Numbered from the stretch's first letter, positions 28,190 to 37,740 are shown. The stretch: DNA of 64,000 bases from Oligoflexales bacterium (GCA_023301565.1 JALZUO010000008.1:106030-170029); one strand, 5' to 3'. The notes: generated from the letters alone by a model not told the origin. Made by a program: numbers and translations.

Positions 28190-30103
28190 TTAACGAGTAA
28201 AGCCTTCAAGCCTATCTATGAGTGCACCTTTAGCGGTGTAGCCTAAGATTCTTTCTTTTTTATCTAGGTTCCCGTCGGCTGGAACCATGACCAGGGTTGG
28301 CAGGGTTTGAATGCCAAACCTCTGCATCAGTGCGGCGTTTGAATCATTCGATTCGGTAAGGTCTATTTTAAGTAGCACCCACTTGTTTTTTAGAACTTCA
28401 GCCACGCCCTGGTCTGCAAAAGTAGTTACATCCATTTTTTTACAAGAGCTGCACCACTCGGCCCAGCCATCGACAAGAATCGGCTTACCTGTTTCTGCAG
28501 CTTTTGCGAAGGCAGCCTCTGGGCTTTTGATCCAAACAATGCCAGCCTTCTTTTTCTTGGCAACATAGTTGGCCTGGCTCAGCGAGAACCCGCCAAACCC
28601 CAAAAGAAGGGCTGTGGCAAGTTGAAGGTTTTTCTTGTTTTGAAGCTTTGCATTCGCCAGAATCCAGCCAAGTAGCCCTAAGCCTACAACTAAACCCACC
28701 GTAGAAAACAGCGTCCATCTTCCTTCGAGGGCTGGTAACACCTTGTATAGTGGGACCCGCAGGTAATAAAACCCCAGCCCGATCATCACTGCACCAAACA
28801 CCATCTTGATGGCAACCTGCCAGAAGGGAGCAACCTTAAAACCGCTTAACTTACCGCTAGCGCCGCCAAGAAAAATATATGGAACCGAAAACCCAAAGCT
28901 GTAGCCAACCATAAGGATAGAACCACTAAAGAAATCACCGGAGGCCGTGATCCAGCCTAAAAGCGATGCTAGCACGGGTCCTGTGCAAGGAGCTGCGACT
29001 AGGCCTGCCCCTGTACCCATCCAAAATGCATTTGCTGCGCTGGGGTTTTTAGCCGTTCCCAGTTTGTTGCCAAGCATTTGCAGTTTACTTAGGTTGCCAA
29101 AACCAAGCATTGAAATACCAAACAAAAACATCATCGTGGCAAAAGCTACGTTAACCCAAGGGTTAGCAAGCATGCTGCCAAACAGGCTACCTGTAGATGC
29201 GGCAAAAATCCCTAGGGCAGAATAGGTGAGCATGATCCCGCCTGCATATAAACTCGAAGCCAAAAAAGGTGACTTAGACTGGCCAGATAGAACACGCATG
29301 GTGATGGGGATCATTGGCAAGACACACGGCGTCAGGTTTGTGGCAAGACCTGCAAGAAGAACAATAAGAAGCTGCAACCAAAACGACGAGTCTCCACCGA
29401 TGGACTTTGCCATCTTGTTTTCAGATATATCCGAAGCTAGTTTGTTTTCACCACTTGTTCCAGCGACTTTTTGGTCTTCGGCCTTTAGTTTTTCATCAAT
29501 TTCCTGTGAGTTTTGCACAGCTAGTGCAGCAATTTTTTCTGCTGTAGGAGGTGTTCCAAGAATTTCTTTTTCAAACTTTTGCGTATAAGGCATCAAGCAA
29601 ACTTCACTTGTACAAGCAATGAACTTTACAGGTAGCGTGATCTTTGTCGGTGCAGGTAGCTCGCCGATGTAGTTGTATTGCGCGATGAATTCACCGGTTT
29701 GATATACATTGACCATTTCTTCAGTCACAGGGTCTTGTAGTTTTTGGGGCTCCGGGTATTGCGCTTCTGAGTATTCAAAGCCTTCCGGGTGCTTGAACTT
29801 TAGCTTGCTTTCGTAAATAGAAAAGCCCTTGCGGGTACTTAAGTAGTAAATAGCCTCGATGTTGCCTTGTTCGGTCCAGCGCACGCTTGGCACCTGCCAG
29901 ATCACGACGTCTGTTTGCCGTACGCCTACGCTTAGGTCAATTTCCTCGCGGTCATCAAAATCTTGGGTAAATCCTGGTACGGCTAAGAATAAAAGTAGAC
30001 CAGACAGCGCTTTTAGAAAAATGCGGGTAAACGCGGAGCTTTTAGCGAAGGTTTTTTTTTGAGAGACCGAGTTTGCTTGATAAAACATATAAAAACCCAA
30101 CAT
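28190..30103 (-). CDS. dsbD: Thiol:disulfide interchange protein DsbD
   Basis: Three-domain layout: N-terminal periplasmic domain, TM core with 'NLTPCVLPMIP' and 'APCTGPVL', and a C-terminal thioredoxin domain 'WAEWCSSCKKMD'. The exact start is uncertain. Confidence 0.9.
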   Translation of the reverse strand: MLGFYMFYQANSVSQKKTFAKSSAFTRIFLKALSGLLLFLAVPGFTQDFDDREEIDLSVGVRQTDVVIWQVPSVRWTEQGNIEAIYYLSTRKGFSIYESKLKFKHPEGFEYSEAQYPEPQKLQDPVTEEMVNVYQTGEFIAQYNYIGELPAPTKITLPVKFIACTSEVCLMPYTQKFEKEILGTPPTAEKIAALAVQNSQEIDEKLKAEDQKVAGTSGENKLASDISENKMAKSIGGDSSFWLQLLIVLLAGLATNLTPCVLPMIPITMRVLSGQSKSPFLASSLYAGGIMLTYSALGIFAASTGSLFGSMLANPWVNVAFATMMFLFGISMLGFGNLSKLQMLGNKLGTAKNPSAANAFWMGTGAGLVAAPCTGPVLASLLGWITASGDFFSGSILMVGYSFGFSVPYIFLGGASGKLSGFKVAPFWQVAIKMVFGAVMIGLGFYYLRVPLYKVLPALEGRWTLFSTVGLVVGLGLLGWILANAKLQNKKNLQLATALLLGFGGFSLSQANYVAKKKKAGIVWIKSPEAAFAKAAETGKPILVDGWAEWCSSCKKMDVTTFADQGVAEVLKNKWVLLKIDLTESNDSNAALMQRFGIQTLPTLVMVPADGNLDKKERILGYTAKGALIDRLEGFTR

Positions 30104-30331
30104 ATTTAGAGTGTTAGTATTTGACCCAAGGGCAGAATACTATACTTATCCTATGATGGACTACTGCCTGCTGGGCTTAGGTGTGACTGGGCCCCCTTAA
30201 TGTGGTCAAAAATGATGCATTTTTTCTGGGCGTTTTTAGCCGGTTCTAAAAGCATCCCTTGACGCTCTATGGCCACTAAAGCTACAACCTTAAGTCATGC
30301 TTGAAATGCGATGATAAAGAAGAGGTCGACA

Positions 30332-30679
30332 ATGCCCAGCACACATAAAGTAAAACCGAGCGTCAACAAAAACGCTCTCTTAAAGAAAAACGACGAAGTC
30401 CAGGTAATCACCGGTGAGTTCAAAGGCACCAAAGGAAAGATTGAATCTTTCGATTGGAAAAACGGTAGAGTATTTGTGGCTGGAGTGAATGTACGCAAAA
30501 AGCATATGCGCGCATCCATGCAAGATCAGGCAGGTGGAATCGTGGACAAGACCATGTCAATTGATATTTCAAACGTCTTGCTAGTCGATCCAAAAGACGG
30601 AAAGCCAAGCCGTGTCGGTGTAAAGATGGAAGAAGGCAAGAAGGTCCGCTATGCAAAACGCTCAGGTAGCCTAGTTTAG
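30332..30679 (+). CDS. rplX: 50S ribosomal protein L24 (KOW domain), outside any ribosomal-protein operon
   Basis: 'LKKNDEVQVITGEFKGTKGKI', 'VNVRKKHMR', 'GGIVDKTMSIDISNVLLVDPKDGKPSRVGVKMEEGKKVRYAKRSG' is collinear with E. coli L24. I prefer the ATG at 30332 (gaagagg 6 nt upstream) to the track start at 30311. Confidence 0.85.
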   Translation: MPSTHKVKPSVNKNALLKKNDEVQVITGEFKGTKGKIESFDWKNGRVFVAGVNVRKKHMRASMQDQAGGIVDKTMSIDISNVLLVDPKDGKPSRVGVKMEEGKKVRYAKRSGSLV

Positions 30680-30708
30680 CTGAAGCTGGTCTTAACTATT
30701 TTTTAAAT

Positions 30709-30738
30709 CCACGTCCTTTTATAGGGCGTGTTTTTTTT
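30709..30738 (+). terminator. Rho-independent terminator after rplX
   Basis: Hairpin ccacgtcc / gggcgtg (one G-U pair) with loop ttttata, followed by T8 (30731-30738). Confidence 0.6.
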
Positions 30739-30874
30739 GCCCCACTGTTTCTAACAAACCACACTATGTTCACTTTTGCCTGCCATACCTCTATTTTTAA
30801 CTCTTTTGGCTGGTGAAAAAAAACTGTGTTGTCAGATAGTTAGCTTTAAAAACTTTCTAGTCTTTGGCTTGAAT

Positions 30875-30902
30875 TTGACGCAAACCCTTGCTGTATGATA
30901 AT
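30875..30902 (+). promoter_or_regulatory. Sigma70-like promoter candidate for the 30956 gene
   Basis: TTGACG (30875-30880), a 16-nt spacer, then GATAAT (30897-30902), about 55 nt upstream of the GTG start. Confidence 0.4.
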
Positions 30903-30955
30903 TAATCACCATATTGTGAATAAACTGCCCTTCATAGGCTTTAGGAGATTTAACT

Positions 30956-31651
30956 GTGAAAATAATATCGAAAATACTCATGTCCTTACTTTTGTTGTCA
31001 GGGGCTGCAGATGCAGCAACCTTGGAGATTGTACGTCCGTTTAAGTTTGGTGGATTAGGTGACTACGGATACTGTGTTAGCGGCGCACCAAACAATTTTC
31101 GCTATGATGATATGGAAAACAAGTACAGGTCTAGTGATGCCGAAGGTGGGTTGGTTTTATCGGTTTCATACCAGGGTGGTGCAAACCTGTTTGGTGAAAA
31201 ACTCTCAGAGAGTTTTCAACACTTTTTCAAAAAGACTTTTGTTGCAAAAGATCAGCAAAGCCAGTTCAATTTTGATTACACCACGATCATTCAGCCGGCT
31301 AGACTTGGAGCTCTTTCTGGAAGTTTAAAAGGTGAGATAGGTCAAGAGGTTACTGGTTACATGGGGATCAAGGGCCATGGCGCAGTTGTTCTTTTTGATG
31401 TTTTAGCGACGGCTTATTTGCCAAGGCATACTAAAGGGTCAAAAGCCTACGATTTGCAGGTTGCGACAGTTCCGCTTCGTGTAACAGCTCAAATTATAAA
31501 TGACCCACAGTTTATGCGTCAAAATAGCTGGGACTATTCATATAAACAGATTGAGTTTTCGCACCTTACTAGATATCTAGCAAATAGATGTCCATATAAG
31601 ATTGAGTTGACAGACAAAGAGATCAAAGAGCTTAAAGCTCTAAATTTATAA
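30956..31651 (+). CDS. Hypothetical secreted protein (231 aa)
   Basis: GTG start after aggag. Signal peptide 'MKIISKILMSLLLLSGAADA'. No recognisable family. AT-richer than its neighbours by eye. Confidence 0.6.
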   Translation: MKIISKILMSLLLLSGAADAATLEIVRPFKFGGLGDYGYCVSGAPNNFRYDDMENKYRSSDAEGGLVLSVSYQGGANLFGEKLSESFQHFFKKTFVAKDQQSQFNFDYTTIIQPARLGALSGSLKGEIGQEVTGYMGIKGHGAVVLFDVLATAYLPRHTKGSKAYDLQVATVPLRVTAQIINDPQFMRQNSWDYSYKQIEFSHLTRYLANRCPYKIELTDKEIKELKALNL

Positions 31652-31654
31652 AGT

Positions 31655-33193
31655 TCACTCTCGGTGTAAAAGCCGAGACTCACTGCTCAAAGACCGCAAA
31701 AAAGAAACTAGTTCACGTTTTTCGCGGTCGTTTAGTCCAAGCGGTTGGATGGTCTCTTCTGTTTTTCCCACGCCTCCGGTTTTGGGCGGGTTGTTGTAGT
31801 GTTCCACAACATCTAAAAGAGAGGTAGCAGATCCGTTGTGAAAATGCGGTGAGTGTTTCGCTACGTTGCGCAAAGACGGTGTTTTGTAAGCTCCAACCAT
31901 TGATAGACTATTTGCATCGAGCACGGCTAGGGTTTTGCAGGAATCGATAGCTTCTTTTGGAAGTTTTTCCTTGATGCAGTAAGGGGTCAGATCCTGCGGC
32001 CGCATTTTCAAAGGCTGTATCTTTGGCGGTAGTGAGTAAAGTGCAGAGGTTCTTGCCAAAAGGCCAATGTCCCAGGGGAAGGTTTCTGGGGTATTTTTTT
32101 TAACACCAATATTGTGAAAGCTTTGGTCCATAAACATAGGACCCATATGGCAAAGCATACAGCTTGCTTTGCCGACAAAAAGCTTAAAGCCTGCAAACTC
32201 TTCTGCACCAAAACCGGTGCCAAAGGCATCTTCTGCTGGGGTAGAATTACCAAACCTCTGTGCAAATGCATCAAAGGGGGTAGGGGTAGTCACAACCTGC
32301 ATCTCAAAGTGTGCGATCGCTCTAGCTGCGTTTATCGCAACTTGCTCGGCTGCACGAAAGGATTTTTTGCTAACCGCAGTTCTTTGGCTACTCCAGGAAT
32401 CAAGTTCTCTTTGCACCTCTTGTTGAGCTTTGGCAGGTCCCAGGTTTTTTTTCAAAAACTCAACAGGTTGAAGCTTTGCAGTCGAAGCTGCGGCTAACGT
32501 CTTCTTTTGTGAAGCGGTCGGAAGGTGCTTAAGAAAATAGGCGTAAACTGTATCGCTAGGGCGCTCGGGTTTAGGTGGCGTAGGTAGTGTGGATAGTGCA
32601 GCGGGTATGAGGTCAAACTGTAACGCCTCCTCTCCGAGATCTTTAGGCCAGGGGCCAAACAGGGCTTCATAGTCCGCTTTGTAGTGATTGAATACGACCC
32701 TTGCGATTTGCCCATAGTTTGAAAAGTGTTCTGCATGGTTAAGCAGTGGCCCCAAGGCTTGATGAACAAGGTTGGTGCTTCTGCCGTCCCAAAAAAACCA
32801 GGACTGATAGCGCGCATTTACAATGCTAGGGGTGTTTTTGGTTCCTTGCGACTGGCCAACCGCTACGGTTTTACCGTCTTGAAAATCTAGAGAAGGTCTG
32901 TGGCAAGTAGCACAGCTGACTTTTTGCGAGCGAGAAAGTTTGTTTTCATGAAAGAGCTTTTCGCCCAGTTCAGCATAAGCTTTTTCTTTTGCAGTGGTTT
33001 TGGAGTGCTGCGGTAAAACAAAGGTTTGCGTGATCGCATGCAGTTCGCTGTCTGTCATCGAGTGCTGGTTGTTGTTTTTACCTCCAGGCGCGGTAGGTCC
33101 TCTACCGCCTAGCAAACCAAAAAGGTAAAATAAAACTAGGGTCGCTACTGCGGACCCTACCCATTTTTTGTAATTAAAGTTGTCTTCTTGCAC
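31655..33193 (-). CDS. Di-heme cytochrome c peroxidase (CCP/MauG family), N-terminally anchored
   Basis: 'CATCHRPSLDFQDG', 'FFWDGR', 'CMLCHMGPMFMDQSFHNIGV' and 'PSLRNVAKHSPHFHNGSATSLLDVVEHYN'. At 512 aa it is longer than typical CCPs. Confidence 0.85.
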   Translation of the reverse strand: MQEDNFNYKKWVGSAVATLVLFYLFGLLGGRGPTAPGGKNNNQHSMTDSELHAITQTFVLPQHSKTTAKEKAYAELGEKLFHENKLSRSQKVSCATCHRPSLDFQDGKTVAVGQSQGTKNTPSIVNARYQSWFFWDGRSTNLVHQALGPLLNHAEHFSNYGQIARVVFNHYKADYEALFGPWPKDLGEEALQFDLIPAALSTLPTPPKPERPSDTVYAYFLKHLPTASQKKTLAAASTAKLQPVEFLKKNLGPAKAQQEVQRELDSWSSQRTAVSKKSFRAAEQVAINAARAIAHFEMQVVTTPTPFDAFAQRFGNSTPAEDAFGTGFGAEEFAGFKLFVGKASCMLCHMGPMFMDQSFHNIGVKKNTPETFPWDIGLLARTSALYSLPPKIQPLKMRPQDLTPYCIKEKLPKEAIDSCKTLAVLDANSLSMVGAYKTPSLRNVAKHSPHFHNGSATSLLDVVEHYNNPPKTGGVGKTEETIQPLGLNDREKRELVSFLRSLSSESRLLHRE

Positions 33194-33290
33194 TTTTATA
33201 TGACTCCACAGAGCAGTTATAGCAATTTGGAGCTTTTTCTTATAGGCAGAATGCGATAATGATGCTTAGTCGATAAACGGAGGGATAAAA

Positions 33291-33947
33291 ATGTTTTTTT
33301 TTCGAACTATATACCTACTTGCCTTAGCAACCACAGTTGGCGCACTACTCTCGTTGGTGTCAACACCAAAACTACAGGCTAAAACCCATAAACACGGCGG
33401 CGAACATGACCATAGCCATGCTCACAGCCAAGCAGATAAAAAAGAAGTTAAAACCAAAACAGTTAAAAAAATGGGCAAAGCAGATAAACATGCCGATCAC
33501 AGCGGACATGCCCACTCTAGCCACGCGGGGCATAACCATAAGAAGCCAAGCTCCATAAAAGAAGTTTTGGCCTTCGACTATCAAAACCATAAAGCTATTT
33601 GGGAGATTCAGCTGCCAGCCGTTAAAGGCCAGGTAGTGACAGTCTCTGCCTTTGAGGCCACTGGAGAAGACCGGATAAAAGCCAGTGCAAAACCTACCGA
33701 TTTGATTCTAGTGCTTAGGCCTGAGAAGTCTGGCAGCCTATGGAAACTAAAGCGTTTGGACGCTACCATGCCCGGCCATGGCCATGGCATGAACACGCTA
33801 CCTGTTCTAAAAAGAGTCAGTAGTAGCAGATACCATGCAAAAAACTTTGCCTTACACATGCCTGGCGACTGGAGCTTTGTACTTACAGCCCTGGGGAAAA
33901 CAAAGAAAAAACACAAGGTTTCTGCAAGATACGCTGCAAAGCCTTGA
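33291..33947 (+). CDS. His-rich periplasmic protein with a YtkA/FixH-like C-terminal domain; putative copper-handling protein
   Basis: Signal peptide. His clusters 'HKHGGEHDHSHAHS' and 'HADHSGHAHSSHAGHNH'. The C-terminal 'MPGHGHGMN ... MPGDWSF' pattern resembles YtkA-like domains. Confidence 0.5.
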   Translation: MFFFRTIYLLALATTVGALLSLVSTPKLQAKTHKHGGEHDHSHAHSQADKKEVKTKTVKKMGKADKHADHSGHAHSSHAGHNHKKPSSIKEVLAFDYQNHKAIWEIQLPAVKGQVVTVSAFEATGEDRIKASAKPTDLILVLRPEKSGSLWKLKRLDATMPGHGHGMNTLPVLKRVSSSRYHAKNFALHMPGDWSFVLTALGKTKKKHKVSARYAAKP

Positions 33948-33984
33948 TGTTAGGGGCTAAGAGCCCACTTATCTAAGTATATCT

Positions 33985-34020
33985 AGCTGCCCGATTGATC
34001 CTCGGGCGGCTATTTTTTTT
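33985..34020 (+). terminator. Rho-independent terminator between the His-rich gene and ctaC
   Basis: 10-bp stem agctgcccga / tcgggcggct (one G-U pair) with loop ttgatcc, then a + T8 (34013-34020). Confidence 0.7.
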
Positions 34021-34118
34021 AAATGATTAACTCCTTGGCATAGTTGGGTTCTTTGGTTTGAGAAAAAGGCACTCTTAGCTAAAATGAGTCGCTGTTCGTC
34101 AAGGAGCTCCTCATAAAC

Positions 34119-35195
34119 ATGTCTCAAACAAACCTCAGTATTGCGTCTATTTATAAATATGTTGTGCGCGGTCTTTCTGCTTTGTCTTTTGCGTTTCTAA
34201 CCGGCTGTTTCGAAGTCGCACCGATGACTACTATTCACCCGGTGACCGAAGCAGGGAGGGACATCAATTATGTTTACGCACTCACTACGGCAATCGCCGT
34301 GTTTATCTTTTTGGCTGTAGCCATTCCGGTTGTGATTGCTTTGGTGCGGTTTAGAGAGCGCCCCGACGACGACGGATCCATCCCTGAACAGGTTCACGGA
34401 AACGTTGTGCTCGAGTTTATTTGGACCATTGTTCCAGTGATTCTTTTGATTGTGATTGCTTTGCCTACTTGGCAAGTGATTTTCAAGCAAGCTGCGCCTG
34501 CAAGTGAAAAGGCTTTAAAGGTAGAAGTTATAGGTCACCAGTGGTGGTGGGAGTTTCGCTACCCGGATCTGGGCATTGTGACTGCAAATGAAATTTATTT
34601 GCCAGAAAACACAGAGATTGATCTAAGCATCACGAGTAATGATGTTTTGCATAGCTACTGGGTTCCACGCTTTAGCGGAAAAGTCGACTGTGTGCCGGGG
34701 CATGTCAACAAAGATAAATTTACAACTCCTTTAGCAAAGCTAGCAGGGGGAGATTATTACCAAGGGCAGTGTGTAGAGCTTTGCGGACTTTCGCATGCTT
34801 TGATGAGGTTTCAAGCTGTTGTGCTTAAAGCCGAAGAGTGGCAACGCTGGGTCAGAGCCTATAAAGAGCCACCAGTTGTTGTAACCAGCCTAGAAGAGCA
34901 AGGTTCAAAGATTTTCAATATGCACTGTGCTTCTTGTCATACGATCAACGGGACGCCAAGTGCGGACTTAGATATTGTAAAAGTTGGACCTAATTTGACC
35001 AACTTTGGTGACCGCAAAAAGATGGCTGCCGGAATTATGGAAAACAGCGTTGAAAACTTACACCGCTGGATCCGCAACCCTGGCAAGGTTAAGCAAGGCG
35101 TCGTAAAGATGATTCCTTACGAAGAGATCTTAGCTCCGCAAGAAATCGAGGCGGTAGCTGCTTATATTCGTAACTCGACGGTTCGAAAGTTTTAA
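34119..35195 (+). CDS. ctaC: Cytochrome c oxidase subunit II with a fused C-terminal cytochrome c domain (caa3 type)
   Basis: CuA site 'HSYWVP' ... 'CVELCGLSHALM'. C-terminal heme c site 'CASCHTINGTP'. Confidence 0.93.
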   Translation: MSQTNLSIASIYKYVVRGLSALSFAFLTGCFEVAPMTTIHPVTEAGRDINYVYALTTAIAVFIFLAVAIPVVIALVRFRERPDDDGSIPEQVHGNVVLEFIWTIVPVILLIVIALPTWQVIFKQAAPASEKALKVEVIGHQWWWEFRYPDLGIVTANEIYLPENTEIDLSITSNDVLHSYWVPRFSGKVDCVPGHVNKDKFTTPLAKLAGGDYYQGQCVELCGLSHALMRFQAVVLKAEEWQRWVRAYKEPPVVVTSLEEQGSKIFNMHCASCHTINGTPSADLDIVKVGPNLTNFGDRKKMAAGIMENSVENLHRWIRNPGKVKQGVVKMIPYEEILAPQEIEAVAAYIRNSTVRKF

Positions 35196-35246
35196 TTTTT
35201 TCAAATTCTGGCTATGAGCTTCAGAAGTAAGATAGGGATTTAGTAG

Positions 35247-37049
35247 ATGACAGGTTTTTTCAAAGAAGTTTGGAGTTGGTTGACAACCGTTGACCATAAA
35301 AGGATCGGGATTCTTTATGGTGCATCGGCGCTGTTGTTTCTTTTGATAGGTGGGACCGAGGCGCTTTTGATGCGCACACAGCTGATTGTACCGGGGAATG
35401 ACTTTTTGACGGCTAAGGCCTTTAACTCAATGGTTACCATGCATGGAACGACTATGATCTTTCTTGTGATCATGCCGCTTAGTGCTGCTTTCTTTAACTT
35501 TTTGACGCCTTTGATGATTGGCGCTCGAGATGTTGCCTTTCCTAGGCTAAATGCTCTGAGCTACTGGATCTTCTTTTTTGGTGGTGTGCTTTTACATATT
35601 AGTTTTGTCGTAGGTCAGATCCCACGTGGTGGTTGGTTTGGTTATGCAAACTTGACGTCTCCAACTTACACGACAGATCTTTCCGTAGATTTTTGGGCCA
35701 TGGGGCTGCAGGTCTTAGGTTTAGCCTCTTTGATTGCTGCCATTAACTTTTTTGTCACGATCATGAACATGCGCGCTCCGGGTATGACCCTTTTGAAAAT
35801 GCCGATTTTTATCTGGACAACATTAGTCACGCAGCTTCTTTTGATCTTCGCTCTGCCAGTGATCACAGTAGCACTTGTCATGATTACCTTTGACCGTAAG
35901 TTTGGCACAGGCTTCTTTGATCCGACCTTGGGTGGAGACGTTGTGTTGTGGCAGCATTTATTCTGGGTATTTGGTCACCCGGAAGTCTACATTTTGATTT
36001 TACCTGCGATGGGGATCGTCTCTGAAATTCTTTCTACTTTTAGCAAGAAACCTTTGTTTGGCTATTCAGTCATGGTTTACTCGACCTGTGCGATAGGCTT
36101 TTTGGGTTTTGCAGTCTGGGCTCACCATATGTTCACCGTAGGGATGGGGCCGTGGGCAAATGCGATCTTTAGTGCGGCAACCATGCTTATTGCGGTTCCT
36201 ACCGGTGTAAAGATCTTTAACTGGATCATGACTATGTGGGGCGGTAAGATCCGCTTCACTACAGCAAATCTTTTTGCCATTAGCTTTATTGCGATGTTCA
36301 CGATGGGTGGCCTCTCTGGGGTTATGCATGCATCGCCACCGATTGATGCGCAGCATCACGACACTTACTTTGTAGTAGCTCACTTTCACTACGTGTTGTA
36401 CGGCGGAGCCGTGATGGCTCTTTTTGGTGGTATTTACTACTGGTTCCCGAAGGTGTTTGGTGTCTATTTAAATGAAGCCATGGGTAAAGCGCAGTTTTGG
36501 CTTTATATGATTGGCTTTAACGTGACTTTTTTCCCGATGCACTTTTTGGGTGTGCAAGGAATGCCGCGTAGAAACTTTGTCTATGCTGCCGACCAGGGTT
36601 GGAACTTTTGGAACTTTGTTTGCACCATGGGTGCTTACCTGACCGCTATCGGTGGCTTTGTCTTTATCATCAACGTTGTTTACAGTCTTTGGTTTGGTAA
36701 AAAGGCTGTTGGTGATGACTGGAACGGGCGTACGCTCGAATGGATGATTCCCTCGCCGCCGCCTGTTTACAACTTCGCTGTAGAGCCAACCGTGGATCAT
36801 TTAGATGAATGGTGGCACCGTAAGTACACTTCTAGCGGTACTCGAACGGATGTTCAAATAGAGGCACATGTGGACCCAAGTACGATCCATCTTCCAGGTC
36901 CGTCGTTTTGGCCTTTGGTGATGGGATTTGGAATCTTTGTTCTAGCAGGGGGATTTTTCCTCGATAGCTACGGGGCAACTATTAGTATCGCAGGTATGTT
37001 GATTGTTATTATTTCTGGGTATGCATGGGCTTTTGAAGACAATGGCTAG
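35247..37049 (+). CDS. ctaD: Cytochrome c oxidase subunit I
   Basis: 'WVFGHPEVYILILPAMG', 'HHMFTVGM' and 'VAHFHYVL'. 600 aa with 12+ TM segments. Confidence 0.97.
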   Translation: MTGFFKEVWSWLTTVDHKRIGILYGASALLFLLIGGTEALLMRTQLIVPGNDFLTAKAFNSMVTMHGTTMIFLVIMPLSAAFFNFLTPLMIGARDVAFPRLNALSYWIFFFGGVLLHISFVVGQIPRGGWFGYANLTSPTYTTDLSVDFWAMGLQVLGLASLIAAINFFVTIMNMRAPGMTLLKMPIFIWTTLVTQLLLIFALPVITVALVMITFDRKFGTGFFDPTLGGDVVLWQHLFWVFGHPEVYILILPAMGIVSEILSTFSKKPLFGYSVMVYSTCAIGFLGFAVWAHHMFTVGMGPWANAIFSAATMLIAVPTGVKIFNWIMTMWGGKIRFTTANLFAISFIAMFTMGGLSGVMHASPPIDAQHHDTYFVVAHFHYVLYGGAVMALFGGIYYWFPKVFGVYLNEAMGKAQFWLYMIGFNVTFFPMHFLGVQGMPRRNFVYAADQGWNFWNFVCTMGAYLTAIGGFVFIINVVYSLWFGKKAVGDDWNGRTLEWMIPSPPPVYNFAVEPTVDHLDEWWHRKYTSSGTRTDVQIEAHVDPSTIHLPGPSFWPLVMGFGIFVLAGGFFLDSYGATISIAGMLIVIISGYAWAFEDNG

Positions 37050-37104
37050 AATGCAGCTTTAAGGTAAAGACTGAATTTTGAAAAAACTAGAGAGGCTCTA
37101 ATAA

Positions 37105-37740
37105 ATGGGACATGCAGCTCACGAACATTATACCGTCACCGGGGTAGACAACCGCAAGTTTGCTATGTGGACCCTTATTGGCTCTGAGTGCTTTTTATTT
37201 GGCACCTTGATGATCAACTACATACTGAACAAAGCATCTACGAAGATCAATGATCCAGCGATTGCTAAGTATTTGATCGAGCATGGCAAGAAGCCATTTA
37301 TTGCTCCAACAGATGTGTACGACATTGATCTGACGACGATATCGACATTTATTCTTTTAATGTCGTCTGTAGCCATGGTTTTGGCTCTAGATGGTTGTGT
37401 GCGCAAAAACCTAAAGAACTTTCGCCTTTGGACCTGGGTGGTCATTGTTTTCGGTCTTTTGTTTCTGGGGTGCCAGGCGTACGAATTTAACCACTTTATC
37501 CACAAAGGTCTGACGCTTAGTGCGAACAACTTTGGCGCAAGTTTTTTCTTGCTCACAGGATGCCACGGTGCCCACGTTGCCGTTGGTGTGATGCTTATGG
37601 GGTCGGTTTTGATCCGCTCTTATCTTCAGCCCGACTGGTTTGACTCTGTAGTCGTGGAAGTACTGGGCCTTTATTGGCACTTTGTTGATGTGATTTGGAT
37701 TATAATTTTTACAGTTGTTTACCTACTCGTATACGTATAA
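37105..37740 (+). CDS. ctaE: Cytochrome c oxidase subunit III
   Basis: Polytopic protein with 'FFLLTGCHGAHVAVG' and 'LYWHFVDVIWI'. Sits after ctaD. Confidence 0.9.
   Translation: MGHAAHEHYTVTGVDNRKFAMWTLIGSECFLFGTLMINYILNKASTKINDPAIAKYLIEHGKKPFIAPTDVYDIDLTTISTFILLMSSVAMVLALDGCVRKNLKNFRLWTWVVIVFGLLFLGCQAYEFNHFIHKGLTLSANNFGASFFLLTGCHGAHVAVGVMLMGSVLIRSYLQPDWFDSVVVEVLGLYWHFVDVIWIIIFTVVYLLVYV

Noticed and set aside
30956-33193. The secreted 231-aa protein + di-heme peroxidase considered as an MbnP/MbnH-like 'metallo-mystery' pair
   Set aside because: The two genes are convergent, with stops 3 bp apart, and not co-transcribed as mbnPH pairs are. I see no MbnP-like motifs in the 231-aa protein.
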